64,000 bases of DNA from Candidatus Woesearchaeota archaeon (GTDB lineage Archaea > Nanobdellota > Nanobdellia > SCGC-AAA011-G17 > JACPIM01). The notes under the pieces were generated by a model. That model worked only from the letters and a program-made list of their open reading frames with translations. It was not told where the DNA came from and ran no database searches. The first letter of the stretch is position 1, and every line of letters begins with the position of its first letter. A program made the position numbers and the translations under genes. Of the stretch, positions 45,825 to 55,877 are shown one piece after another. The stretch lies in NCBI GenBank assembly GCA_016188045.1, contig JACPIM010000004.1:8493-72492 (forward strand). The letters are read 5' to 3'.

Positions 45825-46363
45825 ATTAGTAATAAAGCAATTAGTATTGACAAAATACTAGTTACATCCCCAGTTGAAGTAATAAACGGTCCCATTATGT
45901 CATTAGGATCAAACCCTTTTTTAAATAAGTAAAAAGTCGTAAACACTGTTAAAGGAATCTCTATCAAATTAGCAATAACTCCTGCAATAACTGCTAGTAA
46001 AATTATCGAACTAGTAAAACTACCAACAACAAAATAATTAAACAAAGCAGCAATTAGTCCTAAAACAAAGGAAACTAAGAAAGCAAGAAAAAAAGATGCA
46101 AAGACATTAGCCTTTATTAGTCTCGTATTTTTTTTATCAGTTCTTATTACTTTCAAAAATAATCCAGAACTTAATCTAGAAGCCAATGTTCCGCTTATGT
46201 TTCCCCTCATTTCTAAGAAACCAGGCAATAATATGAACATCCCAGGAATTAATAATATATTATTTTTATAAACAGCCAAGATCGTTCCAGCTATTAACCC
46301 ACCTATTATGGAGGTTAACTGAGCAGAAAAAATCTCCCCAAACCTCTTATTAAAAACACCCAT
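45821..46363 (-). CDS. MgtE-domain membrane protein (paralogue of the previous)
   Basis: C-terminal DPNDIMGPFITSTGDVTSILSILIALLLI; 4-nt overlap with the paralogue. Confidence 0.55.
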   Translation of the reverse strand: MGVFNKRFGEIFSAQLTSIIGGLIAGTILAVYKNNILLIPGMFILLPGFLEMRGNISGTLASRLSSGLFLKVIRTDKKNTRLIKANVFASFFLAFLVSFVLGLIAALFNYFVVGSFTSSIILLAVIAGVIANLIEIPLTVFTTFYLFKKGFDPNDIMGPFITSTGDVTSILSILIALLLI

Positions 46364-46449
46364 TTTTTATATATTTTTTTTATTTTATGATTATATATAC
46401 TTTTCCATAAAAAGCAAATTATTTAAATAAAAATTAGTTCATATTATTC

Positions 46450-46782
46450 ATGAAAGAGGTGAAACGCCCATGGGGTAAGTTTATTCAGTATGTATTAAAT
46501 GAGAAATGTACAGTTAAGATAATTACTATTAACAAAAATCAAGTTCTAAGCAAACAAATTCATAAAAAAAGATCTGAGTTCTGGGTCATCTTAGATTCTG
46601 GAATTGTAGTAGAAATTAAAAACAAAAAATTCAAAACAAAACCAGGACAAGAAATTAATATCCCTAAAAATACCCCACATAGAGCTTATGCAACAAAAAC
46701 AGCTCGTTTCTTAGAAATTTCTTTTGGTAATTTTGATGAGAAAGATGAAATTAGATTAGAGGACAAATATGGGCGAGTATAA
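46450..46782 (+). CDS. small cupin-domain protein (mannose-6-phosphate isomerase type II-like)
   Basis: KRPWGKF...E..WVILDSGIVVEI...G..I.IPKNTPHR cupin pattern. Confidence 0.55.
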   Translation: MKEVKRPWGKFIQYVLNEKCTVKIITINKNQVLSKQIHKKRSEFWVILDSGIVVEIKNKKFKTKPGQEINIPKNTPHRAYATKTARFLEISFGNFDEKDEIRLEDKYGRV

Positions 46783-47596
46783 CATTGCGGTTGATTTTGG
46801 CGGAACTAACATAAGAGCGGCATTAGTTAAAAATTTAAAAATAATTAAAATAGTGAAAAAAGAAACACACACTTCTAAAGGAAAAAACTTTGTAATATCT
46901 CAATTAATTAAGGCAATAAAAGAAGCAAAAAACAGCAGGAATATTAACGGAATAGGCATTGGAAGTCCAGGTCCATTAAAAAATGGGATAATAAAAAACC
47001 CACCAAACCTACCATTAAAAAATGTAAATTTAAGAAAAATAATTCAAAAAAAATTCAAAGTTAAAACAGTTATAGAAAACGATGCAAAATGCGCAGCATT
47101 AGCAGAAGCAAAATTAGGAACTAAAAAGAAAAATTTTATTTTATTAACAATTGGTACAGGAATTGGTGGTGGAATAATAATAAACCATAAATTATACAAA
47201 GGAACAGGCTACGCAGGCGAGCTAGGCCATATGATAATTCAAGATCATAAAGACCTAGAGGATTTAGCCTCTGGAAAAGCTATAAAAAAGATAACAAAGA
47301 AATACTTACATCACCAAATAAAGGCTAAAGACCTAATAAAAATTAAATCTAAAAAAGCAAAATTTATCCTTAGTAATGAAATAAAATATTTAGGTATAGG
47401 TATTGCCAATTTAATAAATGTTTTTGATCCAGATATAGTAATATTAACAGGTGGAGTAAGAGAGATTGGAAATTCATTTTTAAAAAAAGTCAGAAAAGAA
47501 GTTCAAAAATACACAATAATTCCAAGAAAAGTTAATATTGAATGGTCTAAAATAAAAGAACCAGGAATTTTAGGAGCAGCTTTACTATTAAAATGA
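46769..47596 (+). CDS. ROK-family sugar kinase (glucokinase-like)
   Basis: IAVDFGGTNIRAALV, ENDAKCAALAE, GTGIGGGII, ELGHM motifs. Confidence 0.8.
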   Translation: MGEYNIAVDFGGTNIRAALVKNLKIIKIVKKETHTSKGKNFVISQLIKAIKEAKNSRNINGIGIGSPGPLKNGIIKNPPNLPLKNVNLRKIIQKKFKVKTVIENDAKCAALAEAKLGTKKKNFILLTIGTGIGGGIIINHKLYKGTGYAGELGHMIIQDHKDLEDLASGKAIKKITKKYLHHQIKAKDLIKIKSKKAKFILSNEIKYLGIGIANLINVFDPDIVILTGGVREIGNSFLKKVRKEVQKYTIIPRKVNIEWSKIKEPGILGAALLLK

Positions 47597-48522
47597 TACT
47601 AAAAAGATATCCAAATAACCCAATCTTAAAACCAACTAGAAATAAATGGGAAAATAATGAAGTATTTAATCCTGGAATAGTTTTCTTTAAGGGAAAAGTT
47701 AACATGTTATATAGGGCAACATCAAAAGATGATAAAAATTATATCTCAAAACTTGGTTATGCGGTAAGTGAAGATGGATTTCATTTCAAAAGGAATAAAG
47801 AACCAATTTTAAAGCTTAGAAAACCATATGAAAAGTGGGGCATGGAAGATCCAAGGATAACAAGAATCGACGGAATTTGTTATATAACTTATGTAGTTCT
47901 AAAAAATCCGGCAAATTCTGGTTATGCTACCCCGCAAACAGCAGTAATGGCAACTAGGGATTTTAAAAAATTTAAAAGACTCGGAAAGATAACCTCTCCA
48001 GGAGCAGACGATAAAGATGTTGTTTTATTCCCAGAAAAAATAAAAAATAGATATCTTTTCCTACACCGCCCAAATTTATGGACAGGTGAAAAATATGAAA
48101 CCTCTTTTCCAAGTATTTGGATCTCACACACGCACAAATTCAAAAAATTGTGGCATCCTGAACTATTAATGAAACCAAAATTTGCATGGGAAGAATTAAA
48201 AATTGGTTCTGGCCCACCACCAATAAAAACTAAAAAAGGTTGGCTATTAATTTATCATGGAGTAAGCAATCGCTTAAACTACAGAGTCACAGCAGCATTA
48301 CTAAATTTGAATGATCCGAGAAAAGTAATAGCTAGATTAGATGAGCCTATTTTGAAACCTGAAAAAGATTATGAAATTAGAGGAGAGCAAGGCATAGTTT
48401 TTCCAACAGGGGCAATTTTAAGAGATGGTAAGTTAATAATATATTATGGTGCTGCAGACAAATATATATGCGCCGCATATTGCAACTTGGAAGAATTATT
48501 AGATTGTTTCAAGAAGAGATAG
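47593..48522 (+). CDS. glycoside hydrolase family 130 (beta-mannoside phosphorylase family)
   Basis: N-terminus YPNNPILKP...WENNEVFNPGIVFFKGKVNMLYRA typical of GH130 (DUF377). Confidence 0.75.
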   Translation: MILKRYPNNPILKPTRNKWENNEVFNPGIVFFKGKVNMLYRATSKDDKNYISKLGYAVSEDGFHFKRNKEPILKLRKPYEKWGMEDPRITRIDGICYITYVVLKNPANSGYATPQTAVMATRDFKKFKRLGKITSPGADDKDVVLFPEKIKNRYLFLHRPNLWTGEKYETSFPSIWISHTHKFKKLWHPELLMKPKFAWEELKIGSGPPPIKTKKGWLLIYHGVSNRLNYRVTAALLNLNDPRKVIARLDEPILKPEKDYEIRGEQGIVFPTGAILRDGKLIIYYGAADKYICAAYCNLEELLDCFKKR

Positions 48523-48569
48523 ATTTATTAAATAAAAAAAAGTTCTTATAGAGTAGAGAGGATGATATT

Positions 48570-49121
48570 ATGAGTTTAGATAATATTTTTAAAATAACTA
48601 AATCAAAGACAATTTGGTTTCTTGGAATATTTTTATATTTCTATTCTATTGATCTAACTATCGATTTTAAAGAATTATTTGGGTTTTTAATTAGAGCAAC
48701 TATCGACTTGTCAACTTTAACCAAAATAAGTTACATACTAGACCCAATGTTGCAGGCATTTGATTTTTTATTAAATGTCTTAATTTTTTACATTTTAACT
48801 GGTATACTCATTTATATTTATGAAAATGGGTCGAAAAGATATCCAAAACTAAAAAGATTCTTTGAGTGGAGTAAAGCAAAATTAACTGTAATGGTAGTAA
48901 TTTTTATTATTTATATAATATTTGGTCTATTGGGTGCAATTTTCTGGAATCAAACCATTGGTATAGTTTTTAATATACCTGCAACGATTTTATATTTAAA
49001 TGACGTTCATATAATACACGCAATTTACGAAGGACTGAACCCACAAAGAAATATAATTTTACCTGTACTTTTTTGGTGGTATATCCTCGCTAGTATAATC
49101 CTATATATAAAAAGAAGGTGA
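48570..49121 (+). CDS. integral membrane protein
   Basis: 4-5 TM helices; no family recognised. Confidence 0.45.
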   Translation: MSLDNIFKITKSKTIWFLGIFLYFYSIDLTIDFKELFGFLIRATIDLSTLTKISYILDPMLQAFDFLLNVLIFYILTGILIYIYENGSKRYPKLKRFFEWSKAKLTVMVVIFIIYIIFGLLGAIFWNQTIGIVFNIPATILYLNDVHIIHAIYEGLNPQRNIILPVLFWWYILASIILYIKRR

Positions 49122-49125
49122 TATT

Positions 49126-49962
49126 TTGATTAAAATAGTAAAAGCTCCTGTAAGAATTGATTTTGCAGGCGGAACAACAGATATCTATCCTTTCACAAAA
49201 CTAGGCGGAGCAGTTTTAAATGCAGCAATAAATCATTATATTGTAGGAAAACTAATAGCAACTAAAAAAAAAGTAAGCTTAGAATATAAAGCAAATATTC
49301 CAACAAATTCTGGATTAGGAACAAGCGGAGCAATGAACGTAGTATGGTTATCTTTAATAACAAACGAAAAAAATAAAATAAGATTAGCAGAAAAAGTCTA
49401 CAAGTTAGAGCAATCACTAGGATTTACAGGAGGAAAACAAGATCAATACGCTGCAGCTTTAGGTGGCATAAATTTTCTAGAGTTTAAAAATGATAAAGTA
49501 AATATCACAAGATTAAACTTGAAAAAACAATTAATTAAAGAATTAGAATCTTCTTTAGTGTTATATTACACAGGAAAACCACATTTTTCAAGCTCAGTAA
49601 ACAAGGCAATGATAACAAATTTCATTAAAGGAAAAAATATCAAGCACTTAATTAGAATAAGAAATATTGCAAAAGAGATGAAATCTTGTTTATTAAAAAA
49701 AGATCTAACAACTTTTGCAGATTTAATGAATGAAGAGTTAAAAGAAAGAACAAAATTACACAAAGAAGTCACGAACAAAAAGATTAATAAACTAATAGAT
49801 ATTGGATTTAATAATGGAGCAGTAGCTGCCAAGTTGTGCGGAGCAGGGGGCGGGGGTAGCATATTGTTTTTTTGCAATAACAAGAGAAAATTAATGAAGA
49901 AACTGAAATGTATTGATTTCAAATTTGATTTCAGTGGTTTACAATGGATTAGTCACAAATAA
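49126..49962 (+). CDS. GHMP-family sugar kinase
   Basis: APVRIDFAGGTTD and PTNSGLGTSGAMNV (GHMP motifs); C-terminal GAGGGGS. Confidence 0.7.
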   Translation: MIKIVKAPVRIDFAGGTTDIYPFTKLGGAVLNAAINHYIVGKLIATKKKVSLEYKANIPTNSGLGTSGAMNVVWLSLITNEKNKIRLAEKVYKLEQSLGFTGGKQDQYAAALGGINFLEFKNDKVNITRLNLKKQLIKELESSLVLYYTGKPHFSSSVNKAMITNFIKGKNIKHLIRIRNIAKEMKSCLLKKDLTTFADLMNEELKERTKLHKEVTNKKINKLIDIGFNNGAVAAKLCGAGGGGSILFFCNNKRKLMKKLKCIDFKFDFSGLQWISHK

Positions 49963-50016
49963 AAATGTTAATTAAAAAGAGGTTAAAATCAGTTCTTAAA
50001 AGAGGTTTTACTTAAC

Positions 50017-52221
50017 ATGAAGTATCCATTTCAAGTTTTATATTTTTCTAGTTATCCTCCAAGGGAATGTGGTATAGCTACATTTACAAGAGATTTAACA
50101 ACAGCGATGGATAAAAGATTTAATCCTTCTTTAAAATCATCGGTCCTGGCAATAAATGATAATGGCAGCAGCATTTACAATTACGGAAAAGATGTTATTA
50201 ATCAATTAGATGAATCTGATATGGAGCATTACATAGATAAGGCAAAAGAAATCAACCAAAATGAAAATATAAAATTAGTTTGCATACAGCACGAGTTCGG
50301 ATTATTTGGTGGAGAATATGGAGATTATATAATCCCCTTCTTAGAGACACTAACTAAGCCCGTCGTAGTAAACTTCCATAGCGTTTTACCAAACCCAGAT
50401 GAGCAGAGAAAAAAGGTTGTAAGGGCAATAGCAAAAAGATGCTCATCCATATTAGTTATGGTTGAAACTGGTAAAAGAATATTGCACGAACAATATGAGG
50501 TAGAAAAAGCAAAGATAAGAGTCATACCTCATGGAGTTCCAACTATAGAAAAAATATCCACCGATATAATAAAAGAGGAATTAGGATTAAAAAATAGAAT
50601 AATTTTAAGCACCTTTGGTCTTTTAAGCAGAGGCAAAGGAATAGAATATGTAATAAGAGCATTGCCAGATATTGTTTCAAAATATCCTGATTTTCTCTAT
50701 CTAATAATAGGAGAAACACACCCACAAGTGAGAAAACACGAGGGAGAAAGATATAGACTGAGATTGATAAGGCTGGTAAAAAAACTTGGTCTAAGAAATC
50801 ACGTCAAGTTTTATAACAAATATTTGACTTTAAAAGAGATAATAAAATACTTGCAAGCTACAGATATTTATATTAATTCTACTTTAGATCCAGACCAAAT
50901 AACTTCTGGAACAGTTTCTTATGCCTTAGGTGCAGGAAAAGCAATAATCTCAACCCCAAGTTTGTATTCTAAAGAAGTGTTATCAAATAGGCACGGTATT
51001 CTAGTTCCATTTAAAACACCAAAATCAATAACAGACGCCATATTAAACTTGTTATCTAATCCCGAACTTAAAAAAGAAATTGAAAATAACTCTTATTTAT
51101 ATGGCCAAAAGATGATATGGCCAAACGTAGCCAACTCATATTTAAAGGTATATAAAAATATAGTAGACATTAGCGAAAATGTTGGTCTGAAAAAACTGCC
51201 AAATATAAAGCTTGATCACTTAAAAAATTTAACAGATGACGTGGGAATAGTCCAACATTCTAAATTCTCAGTTAAAGATAGCTCAACAGGGTACACATTA
51301 GACGACAACTCAAGAGCCCTGATAGTTATTTCTAAATATAATGAGTTATTTAACGATAAGTTAAGCAAAGATTTAATTAATAAGTATTTAAGCTTAATTT
51401 ATTTTACACAAAAAAGAAAAGGCACATTTCATAACTTAGTTTCCTATAGAAAGAAATTCCTAGACAGAAAAGGTAGTGAAGACAGCTTCGGAAGGGCAGT
51501 ATGGGCTACAGGAACTTTAATAGCAAACAATAATATCTATGAAAATGTGAGGGCCTTAGCGAAAGAGATATTTAATAAGGCAAAAGACATCAAATTAAAA
51601 AGCCCAAGAAGCAAGGCTTTCTATATCTTAGGACTGTATGAATATTACAAGAAATATAAGGAAACTTGGATTTTAGAAAAGATAAAACAATTTGCAAATG
51701 ATTTAATACAGTTGTATCAAGATGAAAGCTCAAAGGATTGGAACTGGTTTGAAAAAAGGATTACTTACTCTAATGGAAGACTGTGTGAGGCCTTGTTCTT
51801 AGCTTATGACTTATTAAAAGATAAAAAATATTTAAAAGTAGCCGAAGAAAGCCTAAATTTCCTAACAGAAATAGTAATTAAGGAGGATAGATTAATTCTG
51901 GTTGGACATAATGGTTGGTTTAATCAAAATGGAAAAAGAGCTTATTTTGATCAGCAGCCAGTAGATGCCAGTTCAATGGTAGATGTTTATTTAGTAGCTC
52001 ATAAAATAACAAACAACAAAGAATATTATCATGATGCCCTGTTATCATTTAACTGGTTTTTGGGAAGAAATTTACTAAATAGACCAGTTTATGATGAAGT
52101 CACGGGTGGTTGCTTTGATGGTCTAGGAGAAGGATATATAAATCTGAACCAAGGAGCCGAAAGTACTTTAGCTTATCTAATGTCAAGGTTAAATTTAGAA
52201 CTCTATAATAAAAGCAATTAA
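50017..52221 (+). CDS. glycosyltransferase family 1 (GT4) fused to a C-terminal six-hairpin glycosidase-like domain
   Basis: GT-B C-terminal motif ...GETHPQ...DIYINSTLDPDQITSGTVSYALGAGKAIIST, then about 350 aa alpha-helical repeat domain. Confidence 0.65.
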   Translation: MKYPFQVLYFSSYPPRECGIATFTRDLTTAMDKRFNPSLKSSVLAINDNGSSIYNYGKDVINQLDESDMEHYIDKAKEINQNENIKLVCIQHEFGLFGGEYGDYIIPFLETLTKPVVVNFHSVLPNPDEQRKKVVRAIAKRCSSILVMVETGKRILHEQYEVEKAKIRVIPHGVPTIEKISTDIIKEELGLKNRIILSTFGLLSRGKGIEYVIRALPDIVSKYPDFLYLIIGETHPQVRKHEGERYRLRLIRLVKKLGLRNHVKFYNKYLTLKEIIKYLQATDIYINSTLDPDQITSGTVSYALGAGKAIISTPSLYSKEVLSNRHGILVPFKTPKSITDAILNLLSNPELKKEIENNSYLYGQKMIWPNVANSYLKVYKNIVDISENVGLKKLPNIKLDHLKNLTDDVGIVQHSKFSVKDSSTGYTLDDNSRALIVISKYNELFNDKLSKDLINKYLSLIYFTQKRKGTFHNLVSYRKKFLDRKGSEDSFGRAVWATGTLIANNNIYENVRALAKEIFNKAKDIKLKSPRSKAFYILGLYEYYKKYKETWILEKIKQFANDLIQLYQDESSKDWNWFEKRITYSNGRLCEALFLAYDLLKDKKYLKVAEESLNFLTEIVIKEDRLILVGHNGWFNQNGKRAYFDQQPVDASSMVDVYLVAHKITNNKEYYHDALLSFNWFLGRNLLNRPVYDEVTGGCFDGLGEGYINLNQGAESTLAYLMSRLNLELYNKSN

Positions 52222-52346
52222 TCAAATTTATTATTCTTCGTACTTTGGCATTTACTGCAATAATATTTCTTCCCTATTTTAGTTCCCTTTATCTTGCCCA
52301 AAAATGTGGTTTCTATTTTTTCTCCACAATTATCGCATTTCACCAT
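52218..52346 (-). CDS. small zinc-ribbon protein (42 aa)
   Basis: Hand translation MVKCDNCGEKIETTFLGKIKGTKIGKKYYCSKCQSTKNNKFD; TAATG overlap with the MazG-like gene. Confidence 0.4.
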   Translation of the reverse strand: MVKCDNCGEKIETTFLGKIKGTKIGKKYYCSKCQSTKNNKFD

Positions 52347-52648
52347 TAATCATACTCCCAAATTAAACGCTTCTTAAAACTACCTCTTTTATTTGCTTTT
52401 TTAATTCTCATATCTTCAAGTTCTTTAATAAATTTTCCGTAAAATCCACTTATAGAGTAAACCACTTCAAGTATATCGACTAATTCTTCTATCTCACTAC
52501 TTTTCTTAAACTCATCAACTTCTTCCTGAAGTTTTTTCAATAATTCATTTATATATTCCTCATCATTAGCTATATGTGTTTCTTTTAAGTTATAAATTCC
52601 TGGAATTTTATCACGAACAAGTTTTTGTTTCTGCATTTTAAACACCAA
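52346..52648 (-). CDS. MazG-like nucleotide pyrophosphohydrolase (all-alpha NTP-PPase)
   Basis: KLVRDKIPGI N-terminal motif and EExxE-type acidic helices. Confidence 0.6.
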   Translation of the reverse strand: MVFKMQKQKLVRDKIPGIYNLKETHIANDEEYINELLKKLQEEVDEFKKSSEIEELVDILEVVYSISGFYGKFIKELEDMRIKKANKRGSFKKRLIWEYD

Positions 52649-52649
52649 G

Positions 52650-53063
52650 TTATAAATTTGAGATTGCTTCCCTCAACCAACCTGGAATATTGATGCCTGA
52701 CAATTCTTCTAATGACAACCATTTATAATCAATATGTTCCCCAGATAATTTAACTACATTCGAGGAAGATTCACACAAATATGTTTTCCCATCAATATGT
52801 AACCCCATCTTAGGTAAATTAACAGACCATTTATTCAATAGTCTTTTAACTCTTATTTCTAAACCAACTTCCTCTAAAACTTCCCTTCTTAATGCTTCTT
52901 CATCGCTCTCTTTTGTATCTTTTTTCCTGCCACCAGGAACTTCATATAGCCCACCTTCATATTTTTCTGCTTGCACCACCAAAACCCTATTCTGATAAAA
53001 GATTATTCCTTTAACCGCCTCAAAATGTTTTAAATCTACCATTTTAATTATTATAAATAACAT
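52650..53063 (-). CDS. NUDIX hydrolase
   Basis: Nudix box GGRKKDTKESDEEALRREVLEEVGL. Confidence 0.8.
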   Translation of the reverse strand: MLFIIIKMVDLKHFEAVKGIIFYQNRVLVVQAEKYEGGLYEVPGGRKKDTKESDEEALRREVLEEVGLEIRVKRLLNKWSVNLPKMGLHIDGKTYLCESSSNVVKLSGEHIDYKWLSLEELSGINIPGWLREAISNL

Positions 53064-53066
53064 ATT

Positions 53067-53807
53067 TTAAAAATCTATCTTTTCATCTAATATTTTTCTT
53101 ACTTTCTCAAATATCTCGGGTATGTCCTTTTCATCGCCAGTAGTGTCTATCAAATAGCTGTTTAATATATGATTAATAACATTAGTAAACCCTTCTCTTG
53201 TTTTTTTCAAAAACTGCAATTTCTCAAATTCATCAACTATTTTTCCTTCTTTTACAGCTCTTTCTAAAACTCTTTTCCTAGCAACTTCTGGGTCACAAAT
53301 AAAAATAAAAGCCATCTTATGTTTAGGAACAAAATCATGTAAATTAAATAAAACATTAAAATCAATTCCTTGGACAGATTGATAAACTAGAGTAGAGATA
53401 TAGCTCCTATCAAAGATTAATACTGTTTTCTTATCAAATTTGCACTCAGTTAATTTATTAAACTGATACTTCCTATCTAGGATAAACAAAGCAGCAGCCA
53501 CCCAGGGATCGCCTTTTTTATTTATTGTTTTTAATATCTCTTTTCTCATATAATCTCCAGGCTCTTTTATACAATCAACCTTATATCCCCTAGAAATCAA
53601 ATATTCTATAATAATATTTTTATAAACTCCTTTTCCAGCTCCATCCATACCATCCACAATAATTATAGGTGGTAGATTGCTATAATTTGTATTTCTCCCT
53701 CCATCCAGCTTCTTTAATAATTTCAAAATAAAATCGGCCTTATTTTCTCTTTTCTCGTTAACTATATTATAAACCTCATCAAAATTAAAAATAGTCACAT
53801 TAACCAC
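53067..53807 (-). CDS. thymidylate kinase-family P-loop (d)NMP kinase with N-terminal extension
   Basis: P-loop IIVDGMDGAGKG; DRSYISTLVYQ (TMK DRY..S..YQ motif); lid basic residues. Confidence 0.6.
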   Translation of the reverse strand: MVNVTIFNFDEVYNIVNEKRENKADFILKLLKKLDGGRNTNYSNLPPIIIVDGMDGAGKGVYKNIIIEYLISRGYKVDCIKEPGDYMRKEILKTINKKGDPWVAAALFILDRKYQFNKLTECKFDKKTVLIFDRSYISTLVYQSVQGIDFNVLFNLHDFVPKHKMAFIFICDPEVARKRVLERAVKEGKIVDEFEKLQFLKKTREGFTNVINHILNSYLIDTTGDEKDIPEIFEKVRKILDEKIDF

Positions 53808-54027
53808 CCAAAAAACCAGTTATAACTGGGATTTCAAAATAATAAATATTCTCATCATTTGTAGTTAAATCAAAAACCTTCACAGTTTTCAATAAATCCT
53901 TAATTTCTGTATAAATAAGTTTATCCCCTATTATCTTAATACCCTCATCAAGTTCGGCTAATCTATCTTCCATATTTTTCACCCCAAATTGTTTTATTAC
54001 TATATTGTGTTGTAGTTTATTTATCAA
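53800..54027 (-). CDS. hypothetical small protein, first gene of the nucleotide operon
   Basis: ORF of 75 aa overlapping the kinase start by 8 nt. Confidence 0.35.
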   Translation of the reverse strand: MINKLQHNIVIKQFGVKNMEDRLAELDEGIKIIGDKLIYTEIKDLLKTVKVFDLTTNDENIYYFEIPVITGFLGG

Positions 54028-54093
54028 TTATTCACAAAAAAATATACACAGTGTTGCAATAATACTTATAAAACACAAAAACATGGAAAATTC

Positions 54094-55008
54094 ATGGTTC
54101 TGGATTCACAAACAATAAAGAAAATAAATGATTTTATTTATCAAAAACCAAGAACAGTTCAAGAAATAGCCTTATTAATAAACAAAAACTGGAGAACGGC
54201 TGATTCTTATATAGAAAAAATTGCTAAAGAACAAGGTACTATCTCAACAAAAACATTTAGAGAAGGAACAAGAGGAGCTTTAAAGATAGTTTTCTGGAAC
54301 AATATAGAAAAGATTCATTCAACATCATTCCAAGAAAGATTATTTAAGGAGATAGAATCAGGAAGGCAAAAAATTGACTTTAGCCCATCTGAAATATATC
54401 AACATGTAGATGAAGACAAAAGAGAAGCTTTTTTCCTAACTCAAACTGAAGTTGACAATAGCGAAGAAAACTTCAAAAGATTTAGGAATCTCTTACTTAA
54501 AGCAGAGTATCAAATCTTGTTTTTTTCAGGAAATCTAACATTTAGCACGATTAAAGCGCACGATGAAACTATTATGGGCATTTTAGAAGATTTGGCTAAG
54601 AAAAAAGTCAATATTAAAATACTCACAAGAGTTGAAGTTCCAGGCTTGGATTATGTCCAGAATTTATTAAATATTAATGAAAAATTAGGCAGAGAAGCAA
54701 TAGAAATACGTCATTGTTTTCATCCTTTAAGAGCAACCATAATAGACAATAAAGTTGTTAACTTTAAAGAAACAAAATATCCGCCAAGAGAACAGCCTTA
54801 CGAACTTCCAGAAATAACACACTTTTTCTATAATATTTATGATCAAGAATGGATAGAATGGCTACAAAAGGTTTTCTGGAACTTATTTAGTGTTTCTGTA
54901 GATGCCAAGAAAAGAATAAATGACTTTAAGACAATAAAAATATACAGCCCATCAGGAGAGGAATTCTTAAAACAAGTAAATATAAAACTCAAAACAAAAA
55001 CATTTTAA
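54094..55008 (+). CDS. wHTH-domain protein, possibly TrmB-like sugar-responsive regulator
   Basis: N-terminal wHTH (PRTVQEIALLINKNWRTADSYIEKIAKEQG); large C-terminal domain of TrmB-like size; call is tentative. Confidence 0.4.
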   Translation: MVLDSQTIKKINDFIYQKPRTVQEIALLINKNWRTADSYIEKIAKEQGTISTKTFREGTRGALKIVFWNNIEKIHSTSFQERLFKEIESGRQKIDFSPSEIYQHVDEDKREAFFLTQTEVDNSEENFKRFRNLLLKAEYQILFFSGNLTFSTIKAHDETIMGILEDLAKKKVNIKILTRVEVPGLDYVQNLLNINEKLGREAIEIRHCFHPLRATIIDNKVVNFKETKYPPREQPYELPEITHFFYNIYDQEWIEWLQKVFWNLFSVSVDAKKRINDFKTIKIYSPSGEEFLKQVNIKLKTKTF

Positions 55009-55031
55009 ACCTATTTTAATAAAAATTTCTT

Positions 55032-55865
55032 ATGGAAATAGGCGGACAGGCATTAATAGAAGGCGTTTTAATAAAAAGTAAAGAAAAAATAGCCGTTTCA
55101 GTAAGAAAAAAAGAAAAGATAAAGACTAAAGTAGATCCAACTCCAAATTTCTCTAAAAAGTTCTCAAAAATACCATTCGTAAGAGGAATTATAGTTTTAA
55201 TAGAAACACTGTATTTAGGAATAAAATACTTGAATTATTCAGCAGAACAACAATTGGAAAATGATGAAAAAATTTCAAAATTAGAAACAATTTTCTCAAT
55301 ATCAATATCTTTAATTATGGCAATAGGATTATTTATAGTCATTCCATTATTATTATCAAAATTCTTAACGAAAGACAGAGTTCTATTTTCAGTAATAGAT
55401 GGAATTATAAGGATAATAATTTTTTTACTATTTTTAATTATAATCTCATTAAGTAAGGATATTAAGAGGACATTTGAATATCATGGAGCAGAGCATAAAT
55501 CGATTGCTTGTTACGAAGCAAATGAAGAATTAACAGTTAAAAACGTAAAGAAATATTCAACTTTGCATCCAAGATGTGGAACTTCATTTATTATTTATTT
55601 ATTATTTATCTCAATAATAGTTTTTTCAATAGTCTGGAGCGAGCATTTTTACATAAGATTATTGCAAAGAATTATTTTAATACCAGTAATAGCTTCAATT
55701 TCATATGAAATATTAAAATTGGCAGCAAAGAAAAAAGATTTTTTTATAAACAAGATAATAATCACTCCTGGCTTGTTAATTCAAAAAATAACAACTAAAG
55801 AACCAGATGAAAAGCAGATTGAAGTTGCAATTTCCGCTGTAAAAGCAGTAATTAAAGGGAGTTGA
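55032..55865 (+). CDS. DUF1385 (YqhQ-like) membrane protein
   Basis: YHGAEHK hallmark motif with flanking TM helices. Confidence 0.65.
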   Translation: MEIGGQALIEGVLIKSKEKIAVSVRKKEKIKTKVDPTPNFSKKFSKIPFVRGIIVLIETLYLGIKYLNYSAEQQLENDEKISKLETIFSISISLIMAIGLFIVIPLLLSKFLTKDRVLFSVIDGIIRIIIFLLFLIIISLSKDIKRTFEYHGAEHKSIACYEANEELTVKNVKKYSTLHPRCGTSFIIYLLFISIIVFSIVWSEHFYIRLLQRIILIPVIASISYEILKLAAKKKDFFINKIIITPGLLIQKITTKEPDEKQIEVAISAVKAVIKGS

Positions 55866-55877
55866 TAAGAACCGTAG

